DNA of 64,000 nucleotides, taken from NCBI RefSeq assembly GCF_006345805.1, contig NW_021831286.1:186001-250000 (forward strand). The letters are read 5' to 3'. How positions within the stretch are numbered: the first letter of the stretch is position 1; each line of letters starts with the position of its first letter. This document shows, in pieces, positions 48,330-61,100 of the stretch. The position numbers and the translations under genes were made by a program. The stretch comes from Octopus sinensis (Eukaryota). The notes below the pieces were generated by a model, which had not been told where the DNA came from, did not search any database, and saw only the letters and a program-made list of their open reading frames with translations.

Positions 48330-49715
48330 TCTTTATACGTATAAATATCGCGGAAACTATCAAAGCAATAGGAAAACTAAACTACAGGAAAACGGCTGAT
48401 CCTGATAATATACCTGCAGAGTTAATAAAATATGGACCCACTGAATTCGATGAAATAATCAACAAATTATTTGAAGACAAAAACGATCTTGGAATTGGGA
48501 GAGGATAGCTAATTCCAATACCAAAACCAGGAAACCCAGAGGGCCCGAAAACAGTCTAAGATCAATAATTCTATCATCAGTGTTACAGAAAACCCTCTCT
48601 TTTATTGTATTAAATCGAATCAAATGGAAAGTCGACGGCGCAATATTCCAGAAATACAAAAAAAGCTTAGAAGTTATGGGGATCGACATGAGTCGTACAT
48701 TCGATTCTGTACACAGGGGACTACTTTTTAACATTATGAATGCATTTCTAGACACGGATGATGTTAGAATGATTTCCTTGCTGCTAGAAGATACTCACCT
48801 GGCTGTTAAAATAGGAAATACCGCTTCTAATTTTTTTAAAACAACTCGGAGAGTTCCACAAGGGGATTCTATTTATTAGTTATTTTGAGGCTCCATTGAG
48901 AAATTTCAGATCATCCATCAAAGAACAAAATTATGAGTTGACCTGGACTTTTTATCGGATGATTCTGAATTTCTCAAATACATAAACAAACATCTTCATA
49001 ACATTTTTTAAAGATGGTCCTTGAAGATATTTTCTGACCCTGGTCCTTGAACACTTACAAAACGGAATTTACATCATTCAGTCGTGCAGAGAGGATATCC
49101 GACAAGACGTGGAAAAAATATAAGAAAATCGGATCGCTTTTGGGGGATGAGGAAAAATGTAGCCTGACGGAAAATCTAATGCTTTCAGAAGTCTATCTAA
49201 AATATGGAGTTTGGAAAGATGACTTTGTGAAAAAATAAAGCTTATGATATAAAAATACTTTGTTATGCCCATTCTAATATATAACTGTGGGACATGAGGT
49301 TTGTCTAAACGGGTAATGGAGTCTATTGACAGTTTCGACCGTAGTATGCTTCGTAAGGCATTTATTCACTACAAAATGAAGATCAAAACAGAAATCAGAA
49401 AATCTAGATGGAGACTGTTCGGTCACATTCTAAAGATGGACCTTAGATGTCCCGGAAAATCGCGAAATAGATGAATAATTCATGGAAAAACAAAATCATT
49501 TCGAGGAAGACCTGGAACAACCTTACCTATCACGCTAAATGAGGATTTAAAAGCGATAAGCAGAGAGTTGAAAACAATGGATGACCTCAATGAACTAAGA
49601 GATCTTGCGAAACAGAGAGGCATGGATTGGCGCAAAAGATTGTCTGCGCTGCACAAGGAAGCCTCAATTGAATTTTGTTTTATGTGTTCTCGGCAGTGCT
49701 GATAATAATAATATA
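48330..49715 (+). mobile_element. Degenerate 5'-truncated RTE-like LINE
   Basis: DPDNIPAELIKYGP, LIPIPKPG, GIDMSRTFDSV, VPQGDS, RGRPGTTLP..L.EDL; (TAA)n tail ~49703-49714. Confidence 0.85.
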
Positions 49716-49829
49716 TACGTAGAAATATTGATAGTGACTAGAGCCAGCGATTAAATTTATTGTAAAAATTGACAAAAATAGTCACAGGTTTTTAAACAGT
49801 CTCAAACATAGTTTCAAGCAAGAGAGAAA

Positions 49830-51330
49830 CCATCTAATGATAAATGACATTTGTATTTCTAATAATATTGAATCTTCAAGCCTTGTCTGTCAAATCTGTG
49901 CACAACTTCTTTTCTTGAGGCCATCCAGTAAGGGTAGTTGGATCTTGGTTTTCAGTTATCAATTTTTATGCCCAATTTTGAGTTATCCTCAACTTCTACT
50001 TCATCAAGTTTATTTCTTTCATAACAATAATGAATAATTTGTGCTAAAAAAGCGACAATTTAAATCGTCTTTCCTATAATTACTTAAATTTTAAAATCTG
50101 AGAAACCAATATTCGGGGAAAAAATGTATAATACTTTATTAAAAAAGATCTCTTACAAATTTGAATTTTTTAACATCATGAATGCATTTAATACACATAT
50201 TTACGAATTTCGATGCTTCACATTCATTGGACCCTAAGAATGCAGGCAGACGTGCAGGATCACTGTAAAATGCAAAAAAAGCACATAAAATATCACCTAA
50301 AATAATCCAAGCGACGAATATACGATTAGTGTAATTCTGAGACTCATTTTCATTATCAAAATGCTTCAAAAAATCCATTACAAGCCTCGTAACAGTAAAT
50401 AAATGAACATCCAGATGTTTCCTCACCGAGTTATAGTAACTAGTGTCGTACAAAGAACGAATTTGTGCTGTTTCTTGAAGATTGCTGTCCTCCTTTCCCC
50501 AATTCAGAAGATTCCGCGACCACGTGTATATAATTTGAAGCAATAGCATATTCATTAGCGTATATTCCTCATTTGATTTGCACTGTTTAGTGTAATTACT
50601 ACAAAATGATTCACATACGCATACTCCAGATATATTTCAATGTCAAAATATATATAGTCATATGTAAAACTAATGAGACGATACTTTGAGGATGACTCAC
50701 CGACAGAAGGATGCGCTTTGTAATGTTTTAACAATGGAATTTTCAGTTTTAGTAAATTTGATAAAACTCTGACGAATTCCTGCGAGTTGAGAACGAAATT
50801 ATCAGAATCATAAGCAAAGGGACTCATCTTTAAGTACAACAATATTTATTACTTCATTGTTACAATCGTTCAGTGACTGGAGAGATAGTTTTAGCGGATA
50901 ATCAAAACCAAACATTCCGGATGTAAAAACGTCGATTGGGACGACCATACAAGACATTTTCTCACTCAGAATTTGACCAATTTGTGACCGGATGTGGTCT
51001 CTCAGATAATTATGAACCTCCAAATTTTTAGTAAATTTTGATATGTTGGTTCTAAATTCCTGATCGAGCTAAGAAGGAATTATTGAGTTGTAAAATACAT
51101 CCATAGAAGATGGAAATATCTCCCGCATTTTGATATAAGGTTTGTGGTGATATTTATACTTGGTTTCTTTACTGTTGAATATATATTCTCGTGGAAATAG
51201 CATATCGAAACCAACATATGGGGGATTACTGGAACTAAAATGGGTGTTGGGAACTTTTCCATTAAACACAAATTGAGCCAGATTTCCTACCAACGACTTG
51301 TTGAGGTGAACCAACAAAACGGATTTCTAA
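49830..51330 (-). CDS. Hypothetical multi-exon protein; boundaries approximate
   Basis: Consecutive long frames (51317-51069, 51023-50808, 50842-50555, 50555-50139) can be joined through ~25-30 nt GT-AG introns; family not recognised. Confidence 0.55.
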
Positions 51331-51884
51331 TTGTATAAAATGTTGAATACAATTTTATTAATGTTTTTGATGATGAAAAATTTGTCGATTTCGCCAATTT
51401 TATTTAAAAATTTTAAAAGATTTCGTAAATCTCCGTTGACCTTAAGTTTAATAATATAAATGTATCACGTCAAAAAGGATGGAACATTTTGAGGGACATG
51501 TTAATTTTTTAAGACGAATTTCGTCTGGAACTAACAAATGTGAGTAAAATTTTACTTGTTTTGTTGATGTGATAATTTGATTTTATAAGTTTCCTAACAA
51601 ACATAAAACCCACGTTAGCACATGATAGTTTTGTTTTTTATAACAATTCATCTATTTATAATTTATAAAATATTTATTTTTCATTTTAACATAAATATTC
51701 TTTTAATGATTTTATTTATATTTCTTTTACTTTGTGTCAATGTAAGTATATTTGCGAATATAATTTTAATCATTTATTTAATTAAATATATTTAATACTC
51801 TTTTAATTAATTATAATTTAATGAGAATATTTTCAAATTATAAATAGATTTTTAACTATAACGTTTTTTCTGAATTTGTCTGAT

Positions 51885-54172
51885 ATGATTGCTAACACAT
51901 ATGGCCACATCCTTAATTTCTACGAATATAAACCAACACGAATCAAAAACATAGCTTTAAACCCCAGTGGAGATTACATAGCCATTCTACGGTATCGAAA
52001 GTATACGTATTTTCCAGAGCAAACGACACTGTCGATATTTGTGACTGCAGAGTGAACTTTATAGTTGAATCAGTTGCCAGAAAAAATTAAATTTTAGACT
52101 CTTGTTTTCAAAGAGTGCAATCTCGAACAAATTGTGTACTGCGGGACATCTCTGTTCGCCTACGACGTGAATTCCGTGATTTATCAAATCGACGGAAACA
52201 ATTTAAAGACGATGGTAGTAAATCCATAAACCGAAATACACAGATGCACATTTCAGGCGATGTTGGCTCAATTACTTGCATGACATGCTCTAATTTAGCC
52301 TCCAAACTCGCTGTAGAGGGTTTCCGTTAGTTTTAGTTTGGGACTGAGAGTGGGAGGATTGCCATGGTGGAGGTTGGTCCCGGTATTTTTGAATATGACT
52401 ATTCCTTACAAAGACAAACAGGTTTTTGTGTTGTGTGATTCTCAGATCCGGTCTATTCTCTGACCTTTGATGACGAAAGGATGCTTATTTTGGGGGGTTG
52501 TGGTGACGCTTTAAAAGTATGGGACTTGTCTTCTCGATTAATAATTCAATGTCTGCTACTTCCGGCCTCTAATTCGACTAAATCAGCAAACAAGACTATT
52601 ATTTGGACAATTCATATTTGCAGGTTGTCCGTAATTTATATATTTTAGTGACGGACTTGTGGCTACTGGAGATTCTTCGGGGACACTTTCATTTTGGAAT
52701 ATTTCGATCGGTTTTTTAACTCAGGTGGACATTTTGGTGTATTTTAGTCATTCCAATCTCACGAGGCTGACATTCTCTGTTTGGCTACTACTTGTGTCGA
52801 AAAAGTCAATTTTACTTAAAATAGTCGAATAGAATAATCGAATGTTTTCTGCCGGAGTGGACGGGCTTGTTGTTCGCTACGATCTCCGAGCATCGGGGAA
52901 TGGCCTTACCAGTTGGGTCAAATCCTCACACATGCGAGTCCACAGTCATGACATTGTGGCACTCAAAGTACTCCAATCGCGATATCTTCTCACTGGCTGT
53001 TCCAATTTGGGTTGATTTTGTGTTTTAGGTGTTGATGGAAGTATGACAGTTCTCAGAGGACTTGTTCATTCTGCTGTACTCAGGATATCTCCCGTCATTT
53101 CTTTAGTTCGTTTCATTATAATGTCGTAGAATGCTTCCCGAGTAGTTCAAAAAATGGGTCGATTCATTGTCTTCCTGTACGACTGCAGTTTGGAGATTTG
53201 GGAACTTCCAAAGTCCCAGTTTGAGGGAGGTGACTTTTTTAATTTATTTGCAGTGCCTGAGTTGAAAGGGACAGTCAACACAAAACAGCGAATTAGTTCA
53301 TTTGCGACTGATTCCGCTCAAAATAAAATTGCATATTTGTCAGTCGATCAGCAATTGACTATTATCCACATTTTTGAAAATAACCACCAAAAAATTTCTC
53401 TTAATTTCAAAAAATTGTTTTTTCGTGATTTTTCGTCAGTTCGCAAGCTTGTGATGGAATCGGGAATACTTTTTGTGCTTTCTTGTGAAAATATAATCCA
53501 TTGGGCCAATGTCAATGAGGATAATGTTGTTTTTTGTCAGCTGAGTTTCGGAATGGCTGGTTTTTTTGTTTTTTTGATTGTAGAAGTGGGATACGTTCAT
53601 TATATGAGCACTTCCAAAAATGGGTGTCTTTTGGCAGTGGCGGATTCGTCTGGAAAAATCAATTTATTTTCCATTTGTGATCACGTTCATTATAAAATCC
53701 CAAAATTGGACGATATTGTTACTTGTGCGTCTTTCCACAGCTCATTCCCATTGTTGTGCATAGTTTATTCTTATGGAACTGTTTGTATGTTATTTAACTG
53801 TTGTAGGTTGTGGAGTTTAATTACGAGACGTGTCAGTATTCCGTGATCTACAAAGGTCTTGAAGGAAAAGACAATTCTTTAAGGTATCGTCAAATTTGCT
53901 GGACGAACGTGTTTTACGATCTCGTTGACGAGAAAGCTGTTTATTTGAGCAGTCCGAATGCTTTGGGGACTATATGCAAGGAATCTGGAAGGGTGGCTGT
54001 TGTTAAGAAGACATGTTGTTATTCTGTTGTTTAGCTGATTATATGTTGATAGGATATTCTCCTCGGTGATATTATGGCTGAAAATAAATTTGTTGTTGCT
54101 CAAGTTCCCCAATCAGTGCTCATTGATGGCTTGCCTCCTGCTTTTTTGCCACGTCGTATTTTTGGTGCTTAA
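51885..54172 (+). CDS. UTP4: U3 snoRNP/SSU processome WD40 protein UTP4 (cirhin)
   Basis: HILNFYEYKPTRIKNIAL..YIAILR, FGTESGRI, TIIWTI, VATGDSSGTLSFWN, SHEADILCL, FSAGVDG, W..S..RVHSHDIVAL, C-terminal LPPAFLPRRIFGA*. Confidence 0.85.
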
Positions 54173-54819
54173 AAAATAATTTTTATGTTTTTTTATTTTT
54201 TATGAATTTATGATTTCTTTTATTCTGAATCTAGCCTCATTTAAAGTTTTAAAATTGTTCATTAAAACGTGGACGCAGTTTTGGTAAATTAAGAAATTGT
54301 TGTTAATGTTATAAATTCAAATAGATTCGAATATCAATTTTATTTAAAATTTTTTTAAGCATATGTAGTATTTTAATTTAAACTTAACAATACTTAGTGG
54401 TCTTATTTTAAATTGATGATAAATCGAATCCAGGACATATTATCCAAAAGAAGTGCAGACTCAGAAATAAAGCCATGCACACTGTGTCAGGCTACGGCCA
54501 CTATTTCAACAACATTACTTTCAATTTACTTTATCTACAACACACACAAAAATACACTTTCAGCCGGGCCGAGAGTCCGAATATTTAAAATGGCATTTGC
54601 TGTTACATTTTCTGCTGGTTTTTTAATTTTTTAACTCTTAGTCTTATGTGGGTATGGACTGTCCTCATGGTGTGGAACTCGATTTCTTGCTCGGAATTCG
54701 TTAATATGTGGGGATGCCGTTTCATTTATAGAACGAATTGACCAGGAAATAAATTCACTCACTCAGAAATCCTCCCGACTAATGGGTTCTCTCCTATGAT
54801 ATTATTTTGTTAATCGTTT

Positions 54820-57800
54820 TTAATATAAAATGAAATCTTTTATGTAAATGTTCATTGGAAATATTAAATAATCAGCAATAATTCGAACTTGAACGGGCAG
54901 ACCAGTCCAATGGGGCTTTACTTGGGTAAATATGTTTCCCAACAGTCACCGTGGTTAGAACGTAATCATCCCCTCCATTAATCGCCTCATAATACTCTCG
55001 TATTTCTTCAACGGCCTTAGCCTCAATCTAACAACTGTAAACAAAAATATAACCTGCAACAATTCAAAAGGCTTTGGCTGTTCGGACACACTTTTTCTAC
55101 TAACAATCTGCTCTCGCATAATCTCAATCAAAGGACTACGCTCAATTCCACTCGGCGGGGACATTGCCCTTATTGGTCACTAAATTAAAGATACCATCCA
55201 TTCGGGGACTCCCTCTTAGTCTTTTCTTTCAATTTTTAGTGGAAGGCCAAGAAAAAAAATGTGGGCTACATTTTTCCGAACTGGGTGGACTTATAGTTGT
55301 CGTATCTCCAATTGGAGGGCTCATTATTGGAGTTGGTTTACTTTTTCGAGGACGTCGACTTTGTTTTGGGGTTGCGGACAGTCCATCAATGCATTCCCAT
55401 ATTTCCTGATCTTCCATCAGAGGGTAATCCGAAACATCATTCTGAACAATAACTCAAACAAATACTCTTAAATTAGTTTTCAGAAATGAAATAAACAACA
55501 AAAGTGCATCTCCGGTCAGTCGATGGAAATTCCTGATAATAAATATAACACAAAATCTCACTCCAATTCATAGAAAGTGTCCAAATCCTCCAAAAGCATT
55601 TCAAAACAAATCTTCAAAAGACCACCCGCCTTGTACCGATATGACAAGGTTACGTAATCAAAAATATTTTGAGAATGGACTACAAACTCAGTCAGGTTAG
55701 AATAAACCGAATTTTGCCAGGAAATTAGAACAGTCCAGTTTCAATTGATCAAACATCAAAAAGTCTGCTAAAATAAGCAGCTCTTGAACTACTCTCACAT
55801 CACATTTCTCCTCTAATCAGTAAAAATAAAAATTCAGAACTTTGGGGAGAATTGAGAAAAGAGTCGTCCAGCAGGTATTCCGCTAGTAAGTCGAGTGTCG
55901 AGTTGGAGCAGTCAATCCTTAGCTTAATATCCCCGTTCTAACAAATTATAACATTATTCACACCCATGGCATCTTATCTCTTAAAATAACACAGAAAAAC
56001 GGAATTTTTGGACACAAAACAGAACGAGGAAAATTAAGGACTTTTCCCTCGCAGGATTCTAACAAAAACCCCGAGATTCTACCGTGAAAACACCTAAAAC
56101 CACCCCAAATTCAAATTCCGTAGACTTTCTTCTAACAATATTTCATTTTCCGTGAAAACTGAGTCCGAATTTGTCGATTTTGTGTGATTTTGTAACACCG
56201 GATCAGGAAATGACGTTTTTGGTTTAATTCTAAATCTCAGTCAATAACGAGCCATACAAAGCCTGAGGATTAAAACAAATCACGTGAGAATTAGCCCCCG
56301 TTGAGTCATCGCAGCATATTCTAAGAGCCTTGCGAATCCCCGAAACTGGCCTGACGAATATCCCATCCTTCGAATCTGCCAAAGTTGACTCGATAAAATG
56401 AGATTTCCCATATTCCACAACAGAATCATGCAAACAGTAAAATACACGTCCATGAGTAACAAAATACACATATTTGCCCCCAACTGTAACGTCCACTATT
56501 GAGCACTGCATGCATCTTGGAATATTCCAAAGTAGACGACCAAGTCCTTGGTCAGGAGTCCACGAATAAACCTAAGCTTATTTAAACAAAAATCCAACTA
56601 TTCCTTGATTACTTAACATGAGAAGAAGGGGCTTGGATGGGGCAATAGCGACCTTTGTAATGTCGAATTGCCTAAATTGAGGGAACTTTCTGAACCTGGA
56701 AGGCACTTTGGTCACTCCGTAATTGTAGAAAACGGTAATGTCAGAATGGGTCGACAAAACTGCCGTTGTTTTAGACTGGACTGCCACCATTTGGATTTTG
56801 GCAAAGTCTGGGACACGCACATATACATCCATGTGGGAAAGAGTGGTCAAAGAAGGGGTTATCCCTTTAAAATATATTAAAAACCCAAAACCAGCCTGTC
56901 CTTCATTTGCGCCCCAGATTATAAGCTTTTTTGCCGTATAAACAAAAATACAATTCACGGAAGCCACAATCCCGAGAACCGGACCTTCGACATTTCCGTA
57001 AATCATTTTTGGGGACAAAATACACGTCCGTCCTCCAGGAAAAAAAGATTGAGAAAACTGTCCCCCTCCACATCCATAAACGCCAGACCTTTACAGTATA
57101 AAAACCAAAAAACCTACCCATTTGTCAAAAATAGAGAATAACCTTCAGAAACTGCAATTTGTTCCACATCACTGATTGCTTCTATCAATTTGGGCTCCTG
57201 TAAAGATAAAAAAGAGTATTTTCATAACCAGATATGTTTCCGTGTCTCCGTGACCAAGTCGACCACCAGAACCAACCCCGCAGGAATAAACGAGTCCCGA
57301 ATCAGTCAGAAATAAAGTATGACCCTTCGAGACGGCCACCTATGCCTATCCAAGACATCCTCACCTGAACTACTGTGATTGAGTCCCTGATGAGTGAGGA
57401 CATTATTTTTGGTCGAATTTGCTTGTAGGGACCTTCCATTGTCAGTCCGCCAGGAAGTTTGTAAATAACAGTGTCAGTAAATAAACGTAGTTCCCATTTT
57501 TCTAGAAAATGTTTGATTTTGAGGGTTACTTTCATCTCTATGCCAGAATTTACGTTTTACTCGATGTAGGCAAAGGTCGTAGGCCAGACAGTGGTTTTTG
57601 TCGAACAAAAATGTCCTCGCTCCCTTCTAAGCAGTGGTTAAAATTTTTTACCTGAATAAGATGGTTGGCACATATCAGATTAGAGTATAAAAGTGAATAA
57701 TGGAGGGGTGTACGTCCATCGGTGATGTCCTGTTGGTCGATTATGGAATGATTAGAAGTGATGTGAGTAGATTCGGAAATCAGATTTAATGCTTCTAGGA

Positions 57801-57921
57801 GGAGGTTGTCGGCACCGAGCATGCAGAGATAGTGAAGAATATTTCTTCCGTGTTGATCAGTAACATTTATAAGTTTTGGTGATATTACAATGTTGTTTAT
57901 CACATTTTTATTTTTCATCAA
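54820..57921 (-). CDS. IBTK: IBTK-like ankyrin-RCC1-BTB protein; 3' end approximate
   Basis: Ankyrin DQHGRNILH and DGRTPLHYSLLY; RCC1 VYSCGVGSGGRLGHGDTETY; BTB/BACK ELLILADFLMFDQLKLDC; C-terminal KPFELLQ..EAVEEIREYYEA similar to the IBTK tail. Confidence 0.8.
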
Positions 57922-58750
57922 ATAAACCGATTCAGATTGGTAATAACTTTCTGCTATTTAATTACTTAACAAATAACACCTAATTAAAGTTAATTATTAC
58001 TTAATGATAAATAAATACGCACAAAAAGTGATTTTTAAAGTCGTCTCCACACTAAATCTGTGACGCTCTCTGAAATGGTAGAAAGCTACTTAAGAGTACA
58101 ACAGATAATCGAATAACATGCATTTTAAACAATTTGAGGTTTATATTCAAATGCGTATTGACATAATCCATTTAAAGTGCAATTGACGTGAAACAGGTAA
58201 GCCCATATAAAAACGAATTGATCGAATATCAAAATCCTGCAAAAACGTGATTGTGTCATGTCCAAATTGTCTTTTTATATATAATCGAATCAATATCTGA
58301 GTGTAAATAAAGTGAATCGATCAACCATTATGAACTATACTGTTTGTCAATAAATCAATTGAGAAAGTGCATCTAAAAATAACGAAACAAAAAATATTTT
58401 TAGATCATATCATATTGTAGGAATTCGGTCCATAAATTCCGCATATTTATGAATTTTGATTAATCTAGCTGCGTTTTTAATATCAAAATAAGCTTATAAT
58501 TAGTAGCTAATAGCAATATCAAATTAGTCATCGATTAGTCAGCAATGAGAAATTATGACAGCACTTGAATACCTCAATACGCAGACCGTCTTTAATTGCA
58601 TACGGAATTATCAACACACTTGACCAGCAATTAATCCAGAAAATACTTTTTTTAATACAAAACAATAAAAATGAACACTCCGAAATCAAAAATGTTGACA
58701 AAACAACACCAATGCATACAAACATGTTAATAGATTAAATCGTTAGTCAA

Positions 58751-59323
58751 TCAACCATCGACAACATCTGAAGGCACACCTTTAGACTGGTAGTAAAACT
58801 GGTTACTGCCTCCACATGAATGGAAATATCCTCCCCGGCCCCAATCTGTGTACATAACATAATCCTCGTAAGAAGGGTAGTAGAAATCCGGAACAACAAA
58901 TGGATTTGGATAATACAGCGGCATGTCGTTATCGTTTGGGCGTTGTTGGGTGTATTTCTCACTGAAAATACAAATCTGGTTTCCCTCGTCGTGGGTTCGG
59001 AGAACGACAGAATGAGGATCTGTCCAAATAGTTGTTTCCCCGAGTTCTTGAAATATTTGTTTTTGTGCCTTCTTGGATAAAGAGGCTCGTTGGCATGCCA
59101 GAATGATCGAGTCGTCTCCACGGAGTAATGAATTGCGGATACATCGAGTTGAGCTTCCGAAGTGAGGGTTATTCAAATCCCAGGATTTCAAAAATCTTTC
59201 ATACAGAATTGGCCGTAGATTGTAAATCAGGTCTCTCAAAGTCTGTTGTTTGATTTTTTTTGATAGAATGTTGTCTATACACTTGAGAGTTGCATTCAAT
59301 TCCTTCTCAACAAAACCGTACAT
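58751..59323 (-). CDS. BTG/Tob family antiproliferative protein (intronless)
   Basis: Box A SWDLNNPHFGSSTRCIR and Box B ETTIWTDPHSVVLR..EGNQICIF; N-terminal EKELNATL..I. Confidence 0.85.
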   Translation of the reverse strand: MYGFVEKELNATLKCIDNILSKKIKQQTLRDLIYNLRPILYERFLKSWDLNNPHFGSSTRCIRNSLLRGDDSIILACQRASLSKKAQKQIFQELGETTIWTDPHSVVLRTHDEGNQICIFSEKYTQQRPNDNDMPLYYPNPFVVPDFYYPSYEDYVMYTDWGRGGYFHSCGGSNQFYYQSKGVPSDVVDG

Positions 59324-60149
59324 TAATAAATAATAAATATAAATTGATGTTTATTTATTATTGTTTTCATCTCCCCAAATATATTAAAAATATATATTAA
59401 AACGATTTAAGCAAGTAAGAAAACGCTAGGAATATATTTTGAGTGTATCTCTTACCAGACTAACATTTTGATCTCTTCCTTTTCCAAAACAAATAAAAAG
59501 TGGTGGACAAAGTTTAACCTGCAAGGGAAATTTTTTTATGAAATGGGGAACACATAAGAGGAAAATTGTTTTAGAAAATATTTTATTACCATTAAAATCT
59601 GCTGGTTTACCAAGTCGGTATTTTTCCACCCGTAAGAGTGGTACCACTAACTATGGAATTTAAATTATAAAATTACTAAAAGAATGTATGTCACTGTGTT
59701 CCATTGTATCAATTTTAGTAGATTTGCTCGATCAATGCCTTGGAAACACTTTTTGTTAATTAACCTACTTCTCATTCTGTTTTGATAAGTAATTTACTTA
59801 CAGTGAGAGCATGTGTCTTCTCCTGTTGAATACTTGGCATTAACCATCTCCGTGATTCACGGATGAGTTTTGTGTTGTCTTTGTAGGTAATATACTAGTA
59901 CGGTTTTTTAGGTCAAAAAAAAATATCATTGTTGTATTTTACGTACCATATGAGCTGACATCGAGTTTTTCATGTGCCATGTGGTCAAATTTATAATGTT
60001 TGGTGGAATAAAGCCTCGGATGAACACTTTCATAAATCTAGCGGTCATAAAGGAAGAGAATCTTTTATTACTCACAAACATCAGTTAGAAAAGAGAATGA
60101 GAAGTCTGCATTTTTAAGAGGTAGTTATCAAGCACATCGAATGTCTCTA

Positions 60150-60547
60150 GCTTGAAGACTTATAATGGATTTGGATGGTCGTGAGTCGATTCCGAAGGAG
60201 GACAGTTTTCATCCTGGCTAATTCTCGTTATCGTCCCCTGCCCGTGCGGCAACGAGTACTTCTGGCACGACACAGTTGGAAATGGGGATCTCTTACCTTC
60301 CGGGCTTACTTAGCGTGGCGACGGGGTCCACCATGTCAGTGGAAATTCCTTCGGATATGGCAACGCTCAGGAGGCACTTAATGCCTTCCGAAAAAGGACT
60401 CTTAGCTTCTCAGACCCTGGGACATCGTCGTCTCGGCCGATTCTTGCGGAAGGATTGAACCTTTCAGAAGGATCTCCCTCGTTTGGATCGGCGATCACGG
60501 GATTAACTATAATTAACTGGCTTGCCCGTATTGGTCTTTAAATAATA
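60150..60547 (+). mobile_element. tRNA-headed SINE family A, copy 2
   Basis: 10-bp TSD AATGTCTCTA at 60140-49 and 60548-57; GGTCGTGAGT-CGATTC B-box remnant; homologous to 29972-30397. Confidence 0.88.
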
Positions 60548-60619
60548 AATGTCTCTACTTCACTCGTATATTGCATTGATTCTATTTTTAGTTTCATACC
60601 ATCCTTGTAGGTTATATTT

Positions 60620-61100
60620 TAAAACGGCACGATGCACGCAGAGTATGTTAACAAAAACGTTTCAGGTTCAAAGCAAAATCAAAGCAGCAACTTGAACATA
60701 TCCGGTGCTTTTTCCCTTTTCGTTTTTATATATTTGCTAAAATATCCTCTTCGGTCGATAGATACTTTAAGATATTTCAATCTCTCCGAAATTTTAATTT
60801 CGCTCGTATTCACGAATTGATTTATCTTTTTTCTGCTTTTTGCGATTTAGCTGACTTTATCCTTGATAGATTTAGGTCATTATTTTGCCACCATTCTTCT
60901 ATTTTTGCAATATGAGATTTTACTCTCCTCCACGAAATTTGCTTATATATCCCTGAATCGAGTATCGTGATAAATAATAATCATTTTAATGTTTTTAATC
61001 TCCGTTTTTGGTACTTCACTCATCATAAAATTGAAAAGAAATAGACATAGAATTGACGCTTGAGAAACTCTACTTTTAATTCAATTTCCTCATACATTAA
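60620..61100 (-). pseudogene. Highly decayed LINE RT fragment
   Basis: VSQASILCLFLFNFMMSEVP (GVPQGSIL.P.LFN-like) and LKYLKVSIDRR (KYLG-like). Confidence 0.5.

Noticed and set aside
54600-55417. Separate FIP1-like gene
   Set aside because: The NGIPTY similarity is out of frame, and the upstream frames fit the IBTK C-terminus
59400-60130. Possible small spliced gene on the minus strand
   Set aside because: Intron-like segments exist, but no consistent reading frame could be assembled
60190-60280. HDV-like or hammerhead ribozyme in SINE A
   Set aside because: A GCC/GGC stem nested in CTCGTT/AACGAG looks P1/P3-like, but L3 is only 5 nt, and there is no G1, no convincing P2/P4 and no CUGANGA-GAAA core
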